A stretch of 61,763 nt of DNA, from NCBI GenBank assembly GCA_027487075.1, contig JAIYEG010000011.1:1-61763 (forward strand), written 5' to 3'. Source of the DNA: a bacterium. Its GTDB lineage: Bacteria > Patescibacteriota > Minisyncoccia > Phycocordibacterales > CALRBL01. Below are positions 45,646 to 55,887 of this stretch, piece after piece (position 1 is the first letter of the stretch; each line of letters opens with the position of its first letter). The position numbers were made by a program, and so were the translations under genes. Under the pieces are notes generated by a model that saw only the letters and a list, made by a program, of their open reading frames with translations, had not been told where the DNA came from and did no database searches.

Positions 45646-47607
45646 TTACCTCACTTCCCATCCCTTCCCTTTCATTTTTTCAGAAATATTTGTCATCACT
45701 TTATTTATCTCCTCATCTGTAAGTGTTCGTTCATTCGATTGGAAAATCATACGGAATGCATATGAGGTTTTTCCATCTTTCTTGAACGTATCGAAGAGTC
45801 GATGCTTTATCAAAAGGTCGGTGCCATTTTCTACGATTATCTCTTCTATTTCTCCGGCTTCTACTTCATCCGGAACAAACAAGGCAATATCTCGCACCAT
45901 GAACGGAAACGGCGAGAACGGTTTGTATTCGACTTTCGGTGCTGGCACAAAACCGAGCGTGTCGTATGCAGGGATTTCAATGTGAGGAATGATTGCATCA
46001 AGGTTTATTTCCATAATGCCATCAATGTTGTTGATAGTACCGATCTGTTGCCCCTTAAAACGAATGAGGCCTCCTGTGTCGTCGACGGTACACAATGTCA
46101 CGATGTTTACTCCCAACTTTTCAAAAAGAGTTTCGCGAAGCTGTCGAATATCTTCATTCGAAGTCTGGCCTTTTACTTTCTTTACGCGGCGAATACCAAC
46201 ACACAAAGAATTGTGTTCGCCTTTTTCGGTAAATACTTTTCCTATCTCAAACATTTTTACCGAATCAAGAAAGAGAAGATCGGCATTGCGAGCATTCATG
46301 TCGAGCGTTTTAAGCATGCCGTCAGAGAGATTTGTGCGGAGTGCTTTCTTGTCAGATGCAAGTGGATACGCCACCTCAATATCACCCTTATGTGTGAACG
46401 CATATAAATACGCTTCAGAAAAATTTTGTGTGAGCAGAATATTCTTAATGTACTCAGTGGCATAAAATGCAGGATGAGATGGAACATCTGAAGCCGTGGA
46501 TTTCTGTGGTGTTCCAGCAATCTTTTCATATCCATACAAACGTCCTACTTCCTCTACGACATCCTCAGGAAGCATAAGATCAAGGCGATGGAACGGAATG
46601 GTGAGCTCTAGATCATTTCCTTTCTCCGCCACTTCGATAGACTGCTTTTCGAGAAGCACCTTGATTTTACCCTGTGAAATAGTGCTTCCAAGTTTTTTAT
46701 TAATGAATTCTGCGTTGGTGGTGATAACGGTTTTAACTGCAGGATGCGGATAGAAATCCGAAACAGGACCGAATGTTGCATCTGGAGAAAGCTTCTTGAT
46801 GAGTGCGCTCACATGCACCATGCCATCCATGGCAAATTCAGGGGTAATCTCATTCTCAAAACGCTTTGATGATTCATTGCGAAGGTTGTATTTAGTTGCC
46901 GTACGACGCACTGCTGATGGATGGAAGTTTGCTGATTCAATGATGAGGTTCTTTGTTTCCATCGTCACCTCCGCACGCTTTCCTCCTTTTACCCCTGCAA
47001 TCGCAAGAGGACCTTCATCATCAGCGATGACTGAATCATCAGAAGTGAGCGTTACTTCTCTTCCATCAAGAAGTGTGATGACTTCGCCCTCTTGTGCTGC
47101 ACGCACCACAATAGTTCCCTTCACCTTATCAGCATCGAATGTATGAAGTGGCTGATTGTAATCGAACATTGCAAGATTGGTTGCATCGACAATAGTGTTG
47201 ATTGAGCGCCCATCCACTGCTTCAAGCATTGCTTTCACTTTCTCTGGAGATTCGGTGATAGAGACGTTGTTCACTCGACGAGACACATAGCGTCGGCAAA
47301 AATCTGCATTCTCAATACGAGCATCCACTACTGACACCGAAACATCTGCTTCTGGAGCATGCTCATCAATCGTATGCTCAACGCGAGAAAGGCCCGTAAG
47401 TGCCTGGACCTCGTCAGCAATCCCTCGATATGAAAGGCAAAAATGCGCTCGATCAGGAAGAATTTTTGCATCAATGACAGTGTCACCATTTTTCTCCTCA
47501 ATGCCTTCTACCTCAAATGAATGAAAGGTAAAAAGCTCAGCAAGCTTGTCAGCGCTCGGCAGTGTATCTTTGAAATATTCTTGGAGCCATGTGTGAGATA
47601 TTTTCAT
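45646..47607 (-). CDS. pheT: Phenylalanyl-tRNA synthetase beta subunit (short form)
   Basis: 653 aa. The B1 N-terminus is present (MKISHTWLQEYF...FEVEGIE), followed by the B3/4, B5 and FDX-ACB-like domains. The OB/tRNA-binding insert appears to be absent. Confidence 0.9.
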   Translation of the reverse strand: MKISHTWLQEYFKDTLPSADKLAELFTFHSFEVEGIEEKNGDTVIDAKILPDRAHFCLSYRGIADEVQALTGLSRVEHTIDEHAPEADVSVSVVDARIENADFCRRYVSRRVNNVSITESPEKVKAMLEAVDGRSINTIVDATNLAMFDYNQPLHTFDADKVKGTIVVRAAQEGEVITLLDGREVTLTSDDSVIADDEGPLAIAGVKGGKRAEVTMETKNLIIESANFHPSAVRRTATKYNLRNESSKRFENEITPEFAMDGMVHVSALIKKLSPDATFGPVSDFYPHPAVKTVITTNAEFINKKLGSTISQGKIKVLLEKQSIEVAEKGNDLELTIPFHRLDLMLPEDVVEEVGRLYGYEKIAGTPQKSTASDVPSHPAFYATEYIKNILLTQNFSEAYLYAFTHKGDIEVAYPLASDKKALRTNLSDGMLKTLDMNARNADLLFLDSVKMFEIGKVFTEKGEHNSLCVGIRRVKKVKGQTSNEDIRQLRETLFEKLGVNIVTLCTVDDTGGLIRFKGQQIGTINNIDGIMEINLDAIIPHIEIPAYDTLGFVPAPKVEYKPFSPFPFMVRDIALFVPDEVEAGEIEEIIVENGTDLLIKHRLFDTFKKDGKTSYAFRMIFQSNERTLTDEEINKVMTNISEKMKGKGWEVR

Positions 47608-47627
47608 AGGACTAGTTGAAGACTGTA

Positions 47628-48320
47628 TTAAAACTGATTGATCAAGCGAAGGTCACCATTATACAGATGACGCACGTCTTCAATGCCATACTTGAGTAGC
47701 ACAAGACGGTCGATACCGATTCCCCATGCAAAGCCTGACCACTCACTCGGATCTACTCCTGCTGCCTTGAGCACATTCGGGTGTACGAGCCCTGCACCAC
47801 CTACTTCCAACCACTTACCCTTCCATTTCATATCAACCTCAACTCCTGGCTCAACGAAGGGAAAGAAGCTCGGGCGAAAACGGATCTCGACATCATCACC
47901 AAATAACTTTTTGAAAAAGTATTCAAGCGTTCCCTTGAGATCCGCGAGTGACACATGCTTATCAACACACAATACTTCCACCTGATAGAACTGCGCTTCG
48001 TGCGTAGCGTCAGTTGCTTCGTTACGAAATACCTTTCCAGGTACCACGATGCGGTACGGCGGTTTGTTCTCGGTCATGTAGCGTATCTGTACAGATGATG
48101 TGTGGGTGCGAAGAAGCTTTCCCGATTCGCCTTTGATCCAGAACGTATCTTGCATATCTCGTGCTGGGTGATCTTTCGGCATGTTAAGCGCGTCAAAGTT
48201 GTTGAACTCTGTCTCAAGCTCAGGCCCGCTCGCAAACTGAAATCCGAGCTCATGGAACACACCGTATATTTCGCGGATAACATGAGAAGTGGGATGAAGA
48301 TGACCTTTTGGTGATTCCAT
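47628..48320 (-). CDS. pheS: Phenylalanyl-tRNA synthetase alpha subunit (catalytic core only)
   Basis: 230 aa with class II motifs (HPARDMQDTFW, FRNE..DATHEAQFYQVE, GGAGLVHPNVL, GFAWGIGIDRL). There is no N-terminal coiled coil. Confidence 0.9.
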   Translation of the reverse strand: MESPKGHLHPTSHVIREIYGVFHELGFQFASGPELETEFNNFDALNMPKDHPARDMQDTFWIKGESGKLLRTHTSSVQIRYMTENKPPYRIVVPGKVFRNEATDATHEAQFYQVEVLCVDKHVSLADLKGTLEYFFKKLFGDDVEIRFRPSFFPFVEPGVEVDMKWKGKWLEVGGAGLVHPNVLKAAGVDPSEWSGFAWGIGIDRLVLLKYGIEDVRHLYNGDLRLINQF

Positions 48321-48327
48321 AATGCTC

Positions 48328-49254
48328 TTATATAGATGTTGCGTTGATAAGGGTAGATGAGGCGGTAAACAAAAGTTCGTAGTAGCTATTTTTATCTTTT
48401 ATAAATACTCGCTGATTATCGACTTTAAACTGGAGATTACCAGAAAGAAGTTGATACGTGTTTTGTTTATCACGAAGATCGAGCTCAGTCGAGAACACTC
48501 CTTCTTTTGTGGAATAGAGGATCACATCAAAACGTCCCGGATAAAAATCTACTGCGGTGATGTCGCCGGTAGCTACCACAATCTTGTCGACACATGCGAG
48601 ACGATCGATATCGCAGAAATAGAAAGGGGTTGCCTCCTTATTCCCTTTCCATATAGCAACGATGCGCTTCGTGCCTTTATCTCCCGTAGGTTCGAGATCA
48701 ATCTGAATATCTTTTCGTACAAGAGCAGTTGATGATGACACAATAGGAACCGTAGTAGATGCCGCACGCACCTTGCTGATAGTTGGGTTGGTTGAGGTAG
48801 CAAAGAGCCTCACTACATCATCATATAAATCATTAGTAACAGAAGCTCCGGAATTGAGTGTGACAAATCGCTTCACCGAGCTCGTGCTTATAATTTCTGG
48901 AATGAGATAAGGCCATGCCTCTGACACCTTCCCCTCCTTTACATCAAGACTTTTTACCCATGGTCGATAGCCATCTTTCTTAACACTAAGTCCATATGTC
49001 TGAGACGAAAGCTTATCGATAAAAATACCCCGAGCAAAAAGACTGGTCTCATCGGCGAGCTGCCCATCGAGATACACCTTCGCGCCAGATTCTGGATAAA
49101 AGACATATACACCACCTGTTGGCATGAGTGCAAAATCTTTACCGAGCTTGTACCCTGTCGAATAGAGCACCACCACAGGAATGAGTAGGAAAAATAAGAT
49201 GATGAAAATAAGGGCTATAAAAAAGCGTTTTTTCTCCTGAAGAGGCCTTGTCAT
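48328..49254 (-). CDS. Membrane-anchored PEGA-domain protein
   Basis: 308 aa with an N-terminal TM helix and a PEGA-like segment (GAKVYLDGQLADETS...YGLSVKKDGYRPWVKSLDVKEGKV). Confidence 0.6.
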   Translation of the reverse strand: MTRPLQEKKRFFIALIFIILFFLLIPVVVLYSTGYKLGKDFALMPTGGVYVFYPESGAKVYLDGQLADETSLFARGIFIDKLSSQTYGLSVKKDGYRPWVKSLDVKEGKVSEAWPYLIPEIISTSSVKRFVTLNSGASVTNDLYDDVVRLFATSTNPTISKVRAASTTVPIVSSSTALVRKDIQIDLEPTGDKGTKRIVAIWKGNKEATPFYFCDIDRLACVDKIVVATGDITAVDFYPGRFDVILYSTKEGVFSTELDLRDKQNTYQLLSGNLQFKVDNQRVFIKDKNSYYELLFTASSTLINATSI

Positions 49255-49301
49255 GTCGCTTCACTATAGCAAATTGTGGGGGTTTGTGCTATAGTCCTTT
49301 C

Positions 49302-49532
49302 ATGACATTCATCGCTACATCTCTTCCCTACATCCAGATCGCCCTCGTCGTCCTCATTACCGTAGGAGTGCTTTTACAGCAGTCTGATACAGCACTTGGA
49401 GGCGCTTTTGGTGCGGGAGACAGTGGTACCACATTCCACACCCGTCGTGGAGCTGAGCGATTCCTATTTATAGGAACGATTGTCGCGTCCATCCTTTTCG
49501 TGGCTTCATGCCTCGTTGCGTTGGTCATCTAA
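49302..49532 (+). CDS. secG: Preprotein translocase subunit SecG
   Basis: Start chosen at MTFIATSLPYIQIALVVLITVGVLLQQS....GGAFG. There are two TM helices. Its stop overlaps the next start (TAATG). Confidence 0.75.
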   Translation: MTFIATSLPYIQIALVVLITVGVLLQQSDTALGGAFGAGDSGTTFHTRRGAERFLFIGTIVASILFVASCLVALVI

Positions 49533-51139
49533 TGAAACTACTCCCATACAACATACGTCACCTTTTCAGCGAATTTTCCGTCGTGGAAAAAGTGCTGTTT
49601 ACCATTGTGTCGTTTTTTCTTATGTGGAGTTCGGCAATGCTCTTTTACAGCGCTGTGGACATATTCCGTGTTGATGCACCCGCAAAAGGAGGCACGTTAC
49701 GAGAAGGAGTAATCGGTGAGCCAAGCTTTATCAATCCGATTCTTTCAGGAACTGATACAGGTCGCGACCTTGCATATCTTACCTACTCAGGCTTAATGCG
49801 CATCAATGAACATGGTGAGTTAGCGCCTGATCTTGCAGAAAGCTACACAATTTCTGATGACGGGCTCGTATACACTTTCAAACTTCGTAATGATATCTAT
49901 TTTCATGATAATGAAAAAATCACTGCGGATGATGTCGTGTTCACGATCACCAAAACAAAGGATCCTCGTATCAAAAGCCCCCTTGCTGCCAACTGGCAAG
50001 GAGTGGTTGTAAAGGCAATAGATGAACGAACTATTGAATTTACCCTCAAGTCACCCTATAATCCATTCCTCGAAAACACCACCATTGGTATCATCCCTGA
50101 GCATATCTGGAAAGATGCTGTGGAAGTAGACCAATTTGCATTCAGTAAATACAACTTTGAACCAATTGGTTCTGGTCCCTATAAGGTAGACGAAGTGAGA
50201 CGAGGGAGTGATGGTTCGGCTGTGTATTACAAACTCGTCGCATTTTCAAAATATGGACCTGGTGAAAAGAACATCACAAACATATACATTCACATCTACA
50301 AAGATATGGAATCACTTGTTACGGCATTACGTGCAGGAGATATTGATAGCGCTGCTGCTCTCTCCCCTGCAGCAGCTAGCCAGCTTACCCAAGAAGGATT
50401 TCGTATTGAAACTACCCCTATGCTACGCATCTTTGGTGTCTTCTTTAACCAAAATCAACAGACTGGTTTTGTGAAAAAAGAGGTACGGCAAAGCCTCGCA
50501 GACGCAGTAGACAAACAACGCATAATTGATAAAGTATTATACAGTTATGCTGATCCTGAAGATTCCCCACTTCCAAGAGGAATCTCTGAAGACGCTACGA
50601 CTACGGATCGAACAGTAGCTACCACCACTCTATCGTTTACACTGTCTACGTCAGACAATCCTGAACTTAAGGCAGTAGCAGATGCCCTTAAAGAACAGTG
50701 GGGGGCGATAGGAGTACAGGTGAATGTTGCCACTCTTGATCCGGCAGAGCTCACCAGAACGGTTATTAGACCTCGAAAATATGATGCACTTCTCTTCGGA
50801 GAAATCGTCGGACGAGGAAACGATCTCTACCCGTTCTGGCACTCGAGCGAACGAAAAGATCCTGGGCTTAACATTGCACAGTACACCAATACCAGAGCAG
50901 ACGCACTCCTTCAGAGAGCACGTGCCGCAACAACAACAGCTGAAATGAATGAAAACCTCTCCGCTTTCGAAGACATCGTAAAGCAAGATGTTCCCGCAGC
51001 ATTCCTCTATTCCCCTCATTTCATCTATGTCGTTCCCAAAGAGCTGAAAGGCCTCAAGCTTCCCGCAATCGAATTAGCGAATGAACGATGGGCCGGAATT
51101 CTCGCTTCATATATCAACGTACGAAGAGTATGGAAATAA
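49532..51139 (+). CDS. Family-5 (peptide/nickel) ABC substrate-binding protein, N-terminally anchored, with no permease genes nearby
   Basis: Start chosen at MKLLPYN (TAATG coupling). SBP_bac_5-like segments are present (LAESYTISDDGLVYTFKLRNDIYFHDNEKITADDVVFT). Confidence 0.75.
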   Translation: MKLLPYNIRHLFSEFSVVEKVLFTIVSFFLMWSSAMLFYSAVDIFRVDAPAKGGTLREGVIGEPSFINPILSGTDTGRDLAYLTYSGLMRINEHGELAPDLAESYTISDDGLVYTFKLRNDIYFHDNEKITADDVVFTITKTKDPRIKSPLAANWQGVVVKAIDERTIEFTLKSPYNPFLENTTIGIIPEHIWKDAVEVDQFAFSKYNFEPIGSGPYKVDEVRRGSDGSAVYYKLVAFSKYGPGEKNITNIYIHIYKDMESLVTALRAGDIDSAAALSPAAASQLTQEGFRIETTPMLRIFGVFFNQNQQTGFVKKEVRQSLADAVDKQRIIDKVLYSYADPEDSPLPRGISEDATTTDRTVATTTLSFTLSTSDNPELKAVADALKEQWGAIGVQVNVATLDPAELTRTVIRPRKYDALLFGEIVGRGNDLYPFWHSSERKDPGLNIAQYTNTRADALLQRARAATTTAEMNENLSAFEDIVKQDVPAAFLYSPHFIYVVPKELKGLKLPAIELANERWAGILASYINVRRVWK

Positions 51140-51163
51140 ATTATTAAGATTAGTAATAAGTAA

Positions 51164-53068
51164 ATGAACAAAGACAATAAAACAGCAGATCTCGATCAGG
51201 TAGTAGACAGTATGGCAGCAGCAACCGTAAACGTGGCAACAGCTGCCCCACAAGGACCAAAGCGTAGCAACAATCGCCGTGGTAACGCTCGTGGTGGCTC
51301 ACGTGGTGGACGCTCACACGAACGCCCACGCCCTATGAATCGCAACAACAGCGAAGATAAGAAAGCCGGAGGAGTGATTCCTCCACTTAAAGAAGGTGAT
51401 ATTCGTATCATCCCACTTGGAGGTGTAGAAGAAATCGGTAAGAACATGACCGTTATCGAAATGGGTAACGACATCATTGTTGTAGACGCAGGATTCCAAT
51501 TCAAGGAAGAAGATACACCGGGTATCGACTACATCCTCCCAAACACCAAGTATCTTGAGGAACGAAAGGATCGTGTGCGCGCCATCATCATCACGCACGG
51601 TCACCTCGATCACATCGGTGCGATCCCTTTCATCATGGACCGCATCGGCAACCCGCCTCTCTATACCCGCAACCTCACCTCGCTCATGCTTAAGAAGCGT
51701 CAGAGTGAATTCCCTCACCTTCCACCTATTGATTTCAAGATCGTAGAAAACAATGATCGCATCAAGATGGGAAATCTTTCAGTGCGCTTCTTCGGCGTGA
51801 CTCACAGCATCCCTGATTCTATGGGTATCATCGTTGAGACTCCCTACGGACACATCGTGACTCCTGGAGACTACAAGCTCCAGCACGAGAAAGGCGTACC
51901 GACTGATGCGGAAGAAAAAGAATATGCGGTATTCGACAAAGAAAAGACACTCGTACTTCTCACCGACTCGACCAACATCGAAAACCCTGGCTTCTCTACT
52001 CCCGACAGCGAAGTGTTTGAGAACCTCGAAAACATCGTGAAGAACACGAAGGGTCGCCTCATCATGACCATGTTCGCGTCACACATCTATCGTATGGCGC
52101 ACATCATCAAGTCTGCCGAGAAATACGGCAAGAAGGTGGTGGTAGAAGGGCGCAGCATGAAGAACCACGTAGAAATCGTGATGTTCGCAGGTATTCTCAA
52201 GGTAGATAAGAATGTGCTCATCAAGCCAGAAGATATCGATCAGTACCCACCTGATAAGATTGTGGTGCTTGCAACCGGTGCTCAGGGAGAAGAATTTTCT
52301 TTCCTTGGTCGCCTCATCCACGACAACTACAAGCACTTCAAACTCAACGAACGCGACACCGTCGTGCTTTCTTCATCGATTGTTCCAGGAAATGAAAAGG
52401 CGGTGCAGAAACTCAAAGACGGTATCGCACGCAAAGGCGCGCACATCATGCACTACCGAACATCAGAAGTGTACATTCACTCAACTGGTCACGGTAACCG
52501 CGGTGAAATCGAATGGCTTCATAAGAAAGTTAAGCCTCGTTTCTTCATCCCTATTCACGGTAGCCACTACATGTTGAAGCTCCACGCAGAACTCGCTGAA
52601 CAGCTTGGCATGCCGAAGAATCACATTGTCGTACCTGATGATGGTTCTATCATCGAAATCACCGAAGGTGGTACCAAGATTGCTGCCCTTCCGGTGAAGG
52701 CTCCTTCAGCTCAAGTGATGGTGGATGGATTCACCGTTGGAGATATTCAGGAAGTCGTGATCCGCGATCGTCAGATCCTCGCACAAGATGGTATCTTCGT
52801 CTTCGTTGCCATGATCGATGCAAAGACCGGCAAACTCAAGAAGTCTCCTGATATCATCTCTCGAGGTTCAGTGTATCTTCGCGAATCACAGGATCTTCTT
52901 CGTGAATCACGCTTTATCATCAAGCGCACGATTGAGCGTGCCATCAGCACCTCAAACCCGGTAAACTTCGATCACGTGAAGAACATCGTCACCGACGAAA
53001 TGTCTCGCTTCCTCTTCCAGCAGACCGCAAAGCGTCCGATTGTGATTCCTGTGTTGTTGAGTGTGTAG
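51164..53068 (+). CDS. rnj: Ribonuclease J with an Arg/Gly-rich N-terminal extension
   Basis: 634 aa: metallo-beta-lactamase HxHxDH (ITHGHLDHIGAIPF) and the beta-CASP region. The first ~75 aa are low-complexity (NNRRGNARGGSRGGRSHERPRP). Confidence 0.9.
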   Translation: MNKDNKTADLDQVVDSMAAATVNVATAAPQGPKRSNNRRGNARGGSRGGRSHERPRPMNRNNSEDKKAGGVIPPLKEGDIRIIPLGGVEEIGKNMTVIEMGNDIIVVDAGFQFKEEDTPGIDYILPNTKYLEERKDRVRAIIITHGHLDHIGAIPFIMDRIGNPPLYTRNLTSLMLKKRQSEFPHLPPIDFKIVENNDRIKMGNLSVRFFGVTHSIPDSMGIIVETPYGHIVTPGDYKLQHEKGVPTDAEEKEYAVFDKEKTLVLLTDSTNIENPGFSTPDSEVFENLENIVKNTKGRLIMTMFASHIYRMAHIIKSAEKYGKKVVVEGRSMKNHVEIVMFAGILKVDKNVLIKPEDIDQYPPDKIVVLATGAQGEEFSFLGRLIHDNYKHFKLNERDTVVLSSSIVPGNEKAVQKLKDGIARKGAHIMHYRTSEVYIHSTGHGNRGEIEWLHKKVKPRFFIPIHGSHYMLKLHAELAEQLGMPKNHIVVPDDGSIIEITEGGTKIAALPVKAPSAQVMVDGFTVGDIQEVVIRDRQILAQDGIFVFVAMIDAKTGKLKKSPDIISRGSVYLRESQDLLRESRFIIKRTIERAISTSNPVNFDHVKNIVTDEMSRFLFQQTAKRPIVIPVLLSV

Positions 53069-53149
53069 AAGGAGTTCGAGTCCTAGTTCTGCAGCAAATT
53101 CGATACAACTCCAAACTCCGACAACATCAACCCTGCCAAGGGCCTAAAA

Positions 53150-54310
53150 CTAAGGCTGCGGCTCTTCCACACCAGTCAAACTCACCGTTACAGTTTTTGG
53201 TGAGAAGGTAATCACACTCACATAGCTAGGTTTTGAAATACTTGTCTCATCGACAGGTATTTTGAATGTTCCCTGCCCTTTGTCTTTCAAATCAACGGAG
53301 GCATACATATCTGATTCTTTGAGATTTTGTATATCTTGGTTATTACCTGTTACCGTTATCTTAATTTCAGCAGGATTAGCAACTACTACCGTAAGATTTT
53401 CTGCAATATTAACGAATTGGAATGGAATAACGAATTCTCTTGTTACAACATTTGCTTGAAAAATAAAGAAAAACCAAAGAGCACATGCAGAAATTACGGA
53501 CACTACTTTGAGTGCATTATCACCTAGAAATATTCGCCTCCATAGTGAATACTGAGGCTTCTGCTCTTCACTCAAGAATGAATGAAGCGCATCTTCAACA
53601 CTTTCTCGATCAGGGAGGGTGCGGAGGACACCACCTTGTGCAACCGAGATGGTTCCCCGCTCTTCTGACACGACAAGCGCCATGGCATCAGTACGCTCGG
53701 TGATACCGCACGCTGCACGATGACGAGTACCCATGGTTGCAAAACCTTTGAACTCTTCGGCAAGTGGGAGGTGTACACCGAACTTACTAATGCGTCTGTT
53801 TTCAATGAGAATCGCACCATCATGCCCCGGTGTCGAATCATCAAAAATACTCAACAAAAGTGGCACCGTAATCTTTCCATCAAGCTTGAAACCGCCCTGA
53901 ATAATGTCGTCGAGGGGGTATTCTCCAGAAAGCACGATAATTGCTCCGGTTTTTCGCTGAGCCATGGTCATGATTGCCTCAGTAAGATATGAAGCCACCG
54001 CTTCATTGAGAAACGCTGCACGATGCTCAAGACGTCCGCGAGAAAGCGCAAGCCATCGGAAAAAACGACGGATTTCGCTCTGGAATACAATGACAAAAAT
54101 TACTAAGAAGAAGGTGACGAGTGGCTGGATCATCTTCCGGGTAAGACCAAGATCAAGCTCAGTAGAAAGAAAACTTACGAGCGCAACAAAACCAAGACCA
54201 TACATGATTGAGTATGATCTGGTTTGTTTGATGAAGATGAGGAGGAGATAAATACCGCCAGCAACTAATGCAACATCAATAACATTCGAGAGCGTAATAA
54301 TATCGTTCAT
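53150..54310 (-). CDS. cdaA: Diadenylate cyclase CdaA fused to a C-terminal TM segment plus a YbbR-like (CdaR-type) domain
   Basis: 386 aa: three N-terminal TM helices and a DAC domain (TPGHDGAILIE, GTRHRAACGITE, ALVVSEERGTISVA). A further TM helix and a ~110-aa YbbR-like beta domain follow. Confidence 0.8.
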   Translation of the reverse strand: MNDIITLSNVIDVALVAGGIYLLLIFIKQTRSYSIMYGLGFVALVSFLSTELDLGLTRKMIQPLVTFFLVIFVIVFQSEIRRFFRWLALSRGRLEHRAAFLNEAVASYLTEAIMTMAQRKTGAIIVLSGEYPLDDIIQGGFKLDGKITVPLLLSIFDDSTPGHDGAILIENRRISKFGVHLPLAEEFKGFATMGTRHRAACGITERTDAMALVVSEERGTISVAQGGVLRTLPDRESVEDALHSFLSEEQKPQYSLWRRIFLGDNALKVVSVISACALWFFFIFQANVVTREFVIPFQFVNIAENLTVVVANPAEIKITVTGNNQDIQNLKESDMYASVDLKDKGQGTFKIPVDETSISKPSYVSVITFSPKTVTVSLTGVEEPQP

Positions 54311-54319
54311 ACACCCATC

Positions 54320-55072
54320 TTACAAAGAAATTGCTTCAATGCAAAGAAAAAGTGGAATTTCCTTACGTGAGGTATCCTCCGCATCAGATCGTTTACCTTT
54401 CTGGCTTTTCTTATGTGAGTCCCATTCTTCAAGACGCGTCACCGCAAAACCAGCTTTTGAAAGATGTTTGAAATAGACCTGAAGGGGTCGATGGAATGAA
54501 ATGGTTTTCTCGCTATACTTTTTGCCTGGGTGCATATCAATCTCGATTTTTGCTTCTGAAAGGTAGCCGTCGATGCGGCGATATTGAATATTTACTGCTT
54601 CATCGTACCCCCATGATGAACGTTTTGGAATACGGAAGGTCGGATGATTAAGTACAAAAATAAGCGAGCCTCCAGGCTTGAGCACTCGCTTACATTCCTC
54701 AAACGTTTCTTTCATCTTCTCGATATTTTGAAGTGCCAATACAATCACCACCTTATCAACACTTCCCTTTGGAAGAAACCCTAGTTCGTGTGAGGGTGCA
54801 ACATGAAATGTAGCTGATGCACCATTATGTGATGATGTTTGGGCTTTCTTGATGAGCTCTTTTGAGATATCGACTCCCGTCACGAAAGCACCTAAAGAGG
54901 CAAAATGATGTGAGAAAAATCCCTGACCACATGCAAGATCGAGCACAGTCATAGAAGACGTCGGTGCCACGATACGCATCAAATTCGGCAAAATTACTTT
55001 TGCTTGATAGGTATCATCATCAGCCAAAAGTTCATCATACCAATCTGCTACTCCTCCCCACGATGTTGTCAT
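54320..55072 (-). CDS. Class I SAM-dependent methyltransferase
   Basis: 250 aa with motif I VLDLACGQGFF and post-I GVDIS. Confidence 0.75.
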   Translation of the reverse strand: MTTSWGGVADWYDELLADDDTYQAKVILPNLMRIVAPTSSMTVLDLACGQGFFSHHFASLGAFVTGVDISKELIKKAQTSSHNGASATFHVAPSHELGFLPKGSVDKVVIVLALQNIEKMKETFEECKRVLKPGGSLIFVLNHPTFRIPKRSSWGYDEAVNIQYRRIDGYLSEAKIEIDMHPGKKYSEKTISFHRPLQVYFKHLSKAGFAVTRLEEWDSHKKSQKGKRSDAEDTSRKEIPLFLCIEAISL

Positions 55073-55447
55073 TTATTTCTTAGCTACTTTCTTTACCGTC
55101 TTCTTAGCTTTTTTAGCTGGCCCTGCCATGTGCTTGCGGATATTCTTCCAGTGACCCTTAAGATCTTTTACGAGGGTATCAATATCTTCGCCGTGTTCAT
55201 TCTTGAGCTTGCGATATTTTTCGGTAACCGTATCAACAATCTTGTGATAATTTTCTTCGGTGAGTTCTCCCTTTACGGTCTCCATCTTTTCAAGCACTTC
55301 CCCCTTTGCTTTGAGGACCCATCCTTTCACTGATTTTCGATTCTTCTTTGCATCTTTTGAACCATAGAGAAAATATGCGCCTGCTGCCGCAGCAGCCGCG
55401 AGTGCCAAACCTAATCCTGGATGTCCTTCGTCCTGTTTTTTAGCCAT
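55073..55447 (-). CDS. YtxH-like protein with a Lys-rich tail
   Basis: 124 aa. GLGLALAAAAAAGAYFLYGSKDAKKNRK resembles the YtxH N-terminus. The C-terminus is AKKAKKTVKKVAKK. Confidence 0.6.
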   Translation of the reverse strand: MAKKQDEGHPGLGLALAAAAAAGAYFLYGSKDAKKNRKSVKGWVLKAKGEVLEKMETVKGELTEENYHKIVDTVTEKYRKLKNEHGEDIDTLVKDLKGHWKNIRKHMAGPAKKAKKTVKKVAKK

Positions 55448-55473
55448 ATGTTTGTATTAAATTATGTATAAAT

Positions 55474-55749
55474 TTAGCGTTTTCGTTTTCCAAAAAATGT
55501 TTTTTTGAAAAACATAAATACTGCCGAAGCTCGTCGCACTGCCCCACCATCTTCCTTGAGCTTCATACGAAGGTCGTGCACATCTTCGAGAATAAGATCA
55601 CTTTCCTTCTTCACGTGTTCCATCATGCGCTTGAGATTACGCACAATAAAAAGCACGTACACAAGAAGAACGGCTCCCAGTATCGAAAGCACTGCCACCG
55701 CAAGCGTAGTAATAACAAAGAAGATATCTGATTTTGCGACATCGGCCAT
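55474..55749 (-). CDS. DUF948-like small membrane protein
   Basis: 91 aa with one TM helix followed by a charged helix. Pairing with a YtxH-like gene is as seen in Firmicutes. Confidence 0.5.
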   Translation of the reverse strand: MADVAKSDIFFVITTLAVAVLSILGAVLLVYVLFIVRNLKRMMEHVKKESDLILEDVHDLRMKLKEDGGAVRRASAVFMFFKKTFFGKRKR

Positions 55750-55796
55750 GTGCGTATTGTAGCACGAATAGCCCGTGAATAGGTAAACAGGTAAGC

Positions 55797-55827
55797 AAAC
55801 AAAAAGTCGCCCGAAGGCGACTTTTTG
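55797..55827. terminator. Bidirectional intrinsic terminator
   Basis: AAAAAGTCGCC-CGAA-GGCGACTTTTT. Confidence 0.8.
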
Positions 55828-55887
55828 CGATATTTACTTTGTATGAGCTCATACTATTGATGTAAGCCCTCACATACCTCTAATGTA

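Noticed and set aside
53072-53083. GAGTTCGAGTCC just after the rnj stop, and GAGTTCGAGTTT near 5686, which resemble a tRNA T-arm/T-loop.
   Set aside because: The flanking bases do not form a T-stem. The would-be tRNA body would lie inside rnj, and I could draw no acceptor or anticodon arms. I found no tRNA in the window.
55841-55854. A 14-nt perfect palindrome GTATGAGCTCATAC downstream of the Wzy/TPR gene.
   Set aside because: It is short, isolated and next to a much stronger terminator hairpin. Nothing supports a specific function.
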